Shown here piece after piece: positions 63,510-64,000 of a stretch of DNA of 64,000 nt. Origin of the DNA: Tubiluchus corallicola (lineage: Eukaryota > Animalia > Priapulida). The notes beneath the pieces are model-generated. The model saw nothing but the letters and a program-made list of their open reading frames with translations, had not been told where the DNA came from and ran no database searches. Each line of letters starts with the position of its first letter. Position 1 is the stretch's first letter. The position numbers and the translations under genes were made by a program. The stretch lies in contig JAQGDQ010000003.1 of NCBI GenBank assembly GCA_030141605.1, forward strand, positions 2,604,001 to 2,668,000, in the 5' to 3' direction.

Positions 63510-63973
63510 CTAATTTATTTTTCCACGACTTTTCAATGATGCATCAATGTGAGACTGTAACTCTGCTTCTTTCTCCTCGGCTCGTTTTAATAAAGTTTCT
63601 CTACCAAGCACTTGATTCTTTATCGCTTCTTTGCTACTTTCAAACTCAGACAATTTTTCTTTCAAGCTGACATTTTCTGCAAAACATACTTCCCACTGCT
63701 TTTTCAAATCTTCAATGATGCTTTTCTGTTTTCCAATTTTGGAATTTCTTTACGTTGTCAATTTCTTTTTCAAATTCTTTGTGCTACCACCCAGTTTCAG
63801 ATTTGCTGCATTTGTCCATTTCTTACACTGTGCGTTCTTTTTTAGCAAAGAAATGGCTTCTAACCTCTTTTCAAGCTGAGTGATATCATTTTTTAAGCTC
63901 TCTGTTTCTACATTATAAGCTGCATTTGAAACTCTTTTCTGTTTTTTAAGAAATGCGATTCGCTTCTTGTAGA
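63510..63973 (-). pseudogene. Coiled-coil-coding exon with an in-frame stop; any upstream exons lie beyond the window
   Basis: After acceptor GTTACAG the frame reads YKKRIAFLKKQK...ESLKNDITQLEKRLEA...KKKLTT*RNSKIGKQKSIIEDLKKQWE...LKEKLSEFESSKEA, with TAA at 63752-63750. Confidence 0.45.
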
Positions 63974-64000
63974 CTGTAACATAAGTAGACGAACTAGAAC

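Overview
AT-rich animal genomic DNA with GT-AG introns. It is most likely a protostome invertebrate, because it carries miR-279 family miRNAs and a dissatisfaction-type NR2E receptor. I reconstructed six spliced genes by hand: an NR2E/dsf-like nuclear receptor (+, 11115-15730), MRPL54 (-, 16403-19707), a CCDC42/CFAP73-like DUF4200 coiled-coil protein (-, 20868-25569), HMG20A/B (-, 35247-49272), a secreted WSC+PAN/Apple protein nested antisense in an HMG20 intron (+, 40136-42280), and an orphan single-pass membrane protein with a Tyr/Pro-rich tail (-, 53308-55749). The main signal missing from the ORF track is a miRNA cluster at 33.6-34.5 kb: three seed-identical but 3'-divergent miR-279 paralogs plus miR-92, inside an apparently non-coding, hairpin-rich + strand unit (~27.7-34.65 kb). 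Other highlights are a 221-bp palindrome carrying head-to-head minimal hammerhead ribozyme motifs (Penelope-like) in an HMG20 intron, a triplicated signal-peptide exon and splice donor in the nested gene, hAT elements with target-site duplications (TSDs), LINE and SINE remnants, and two disrupted coiled-coil-like segments. All calls come from manual reading; no searches were run.
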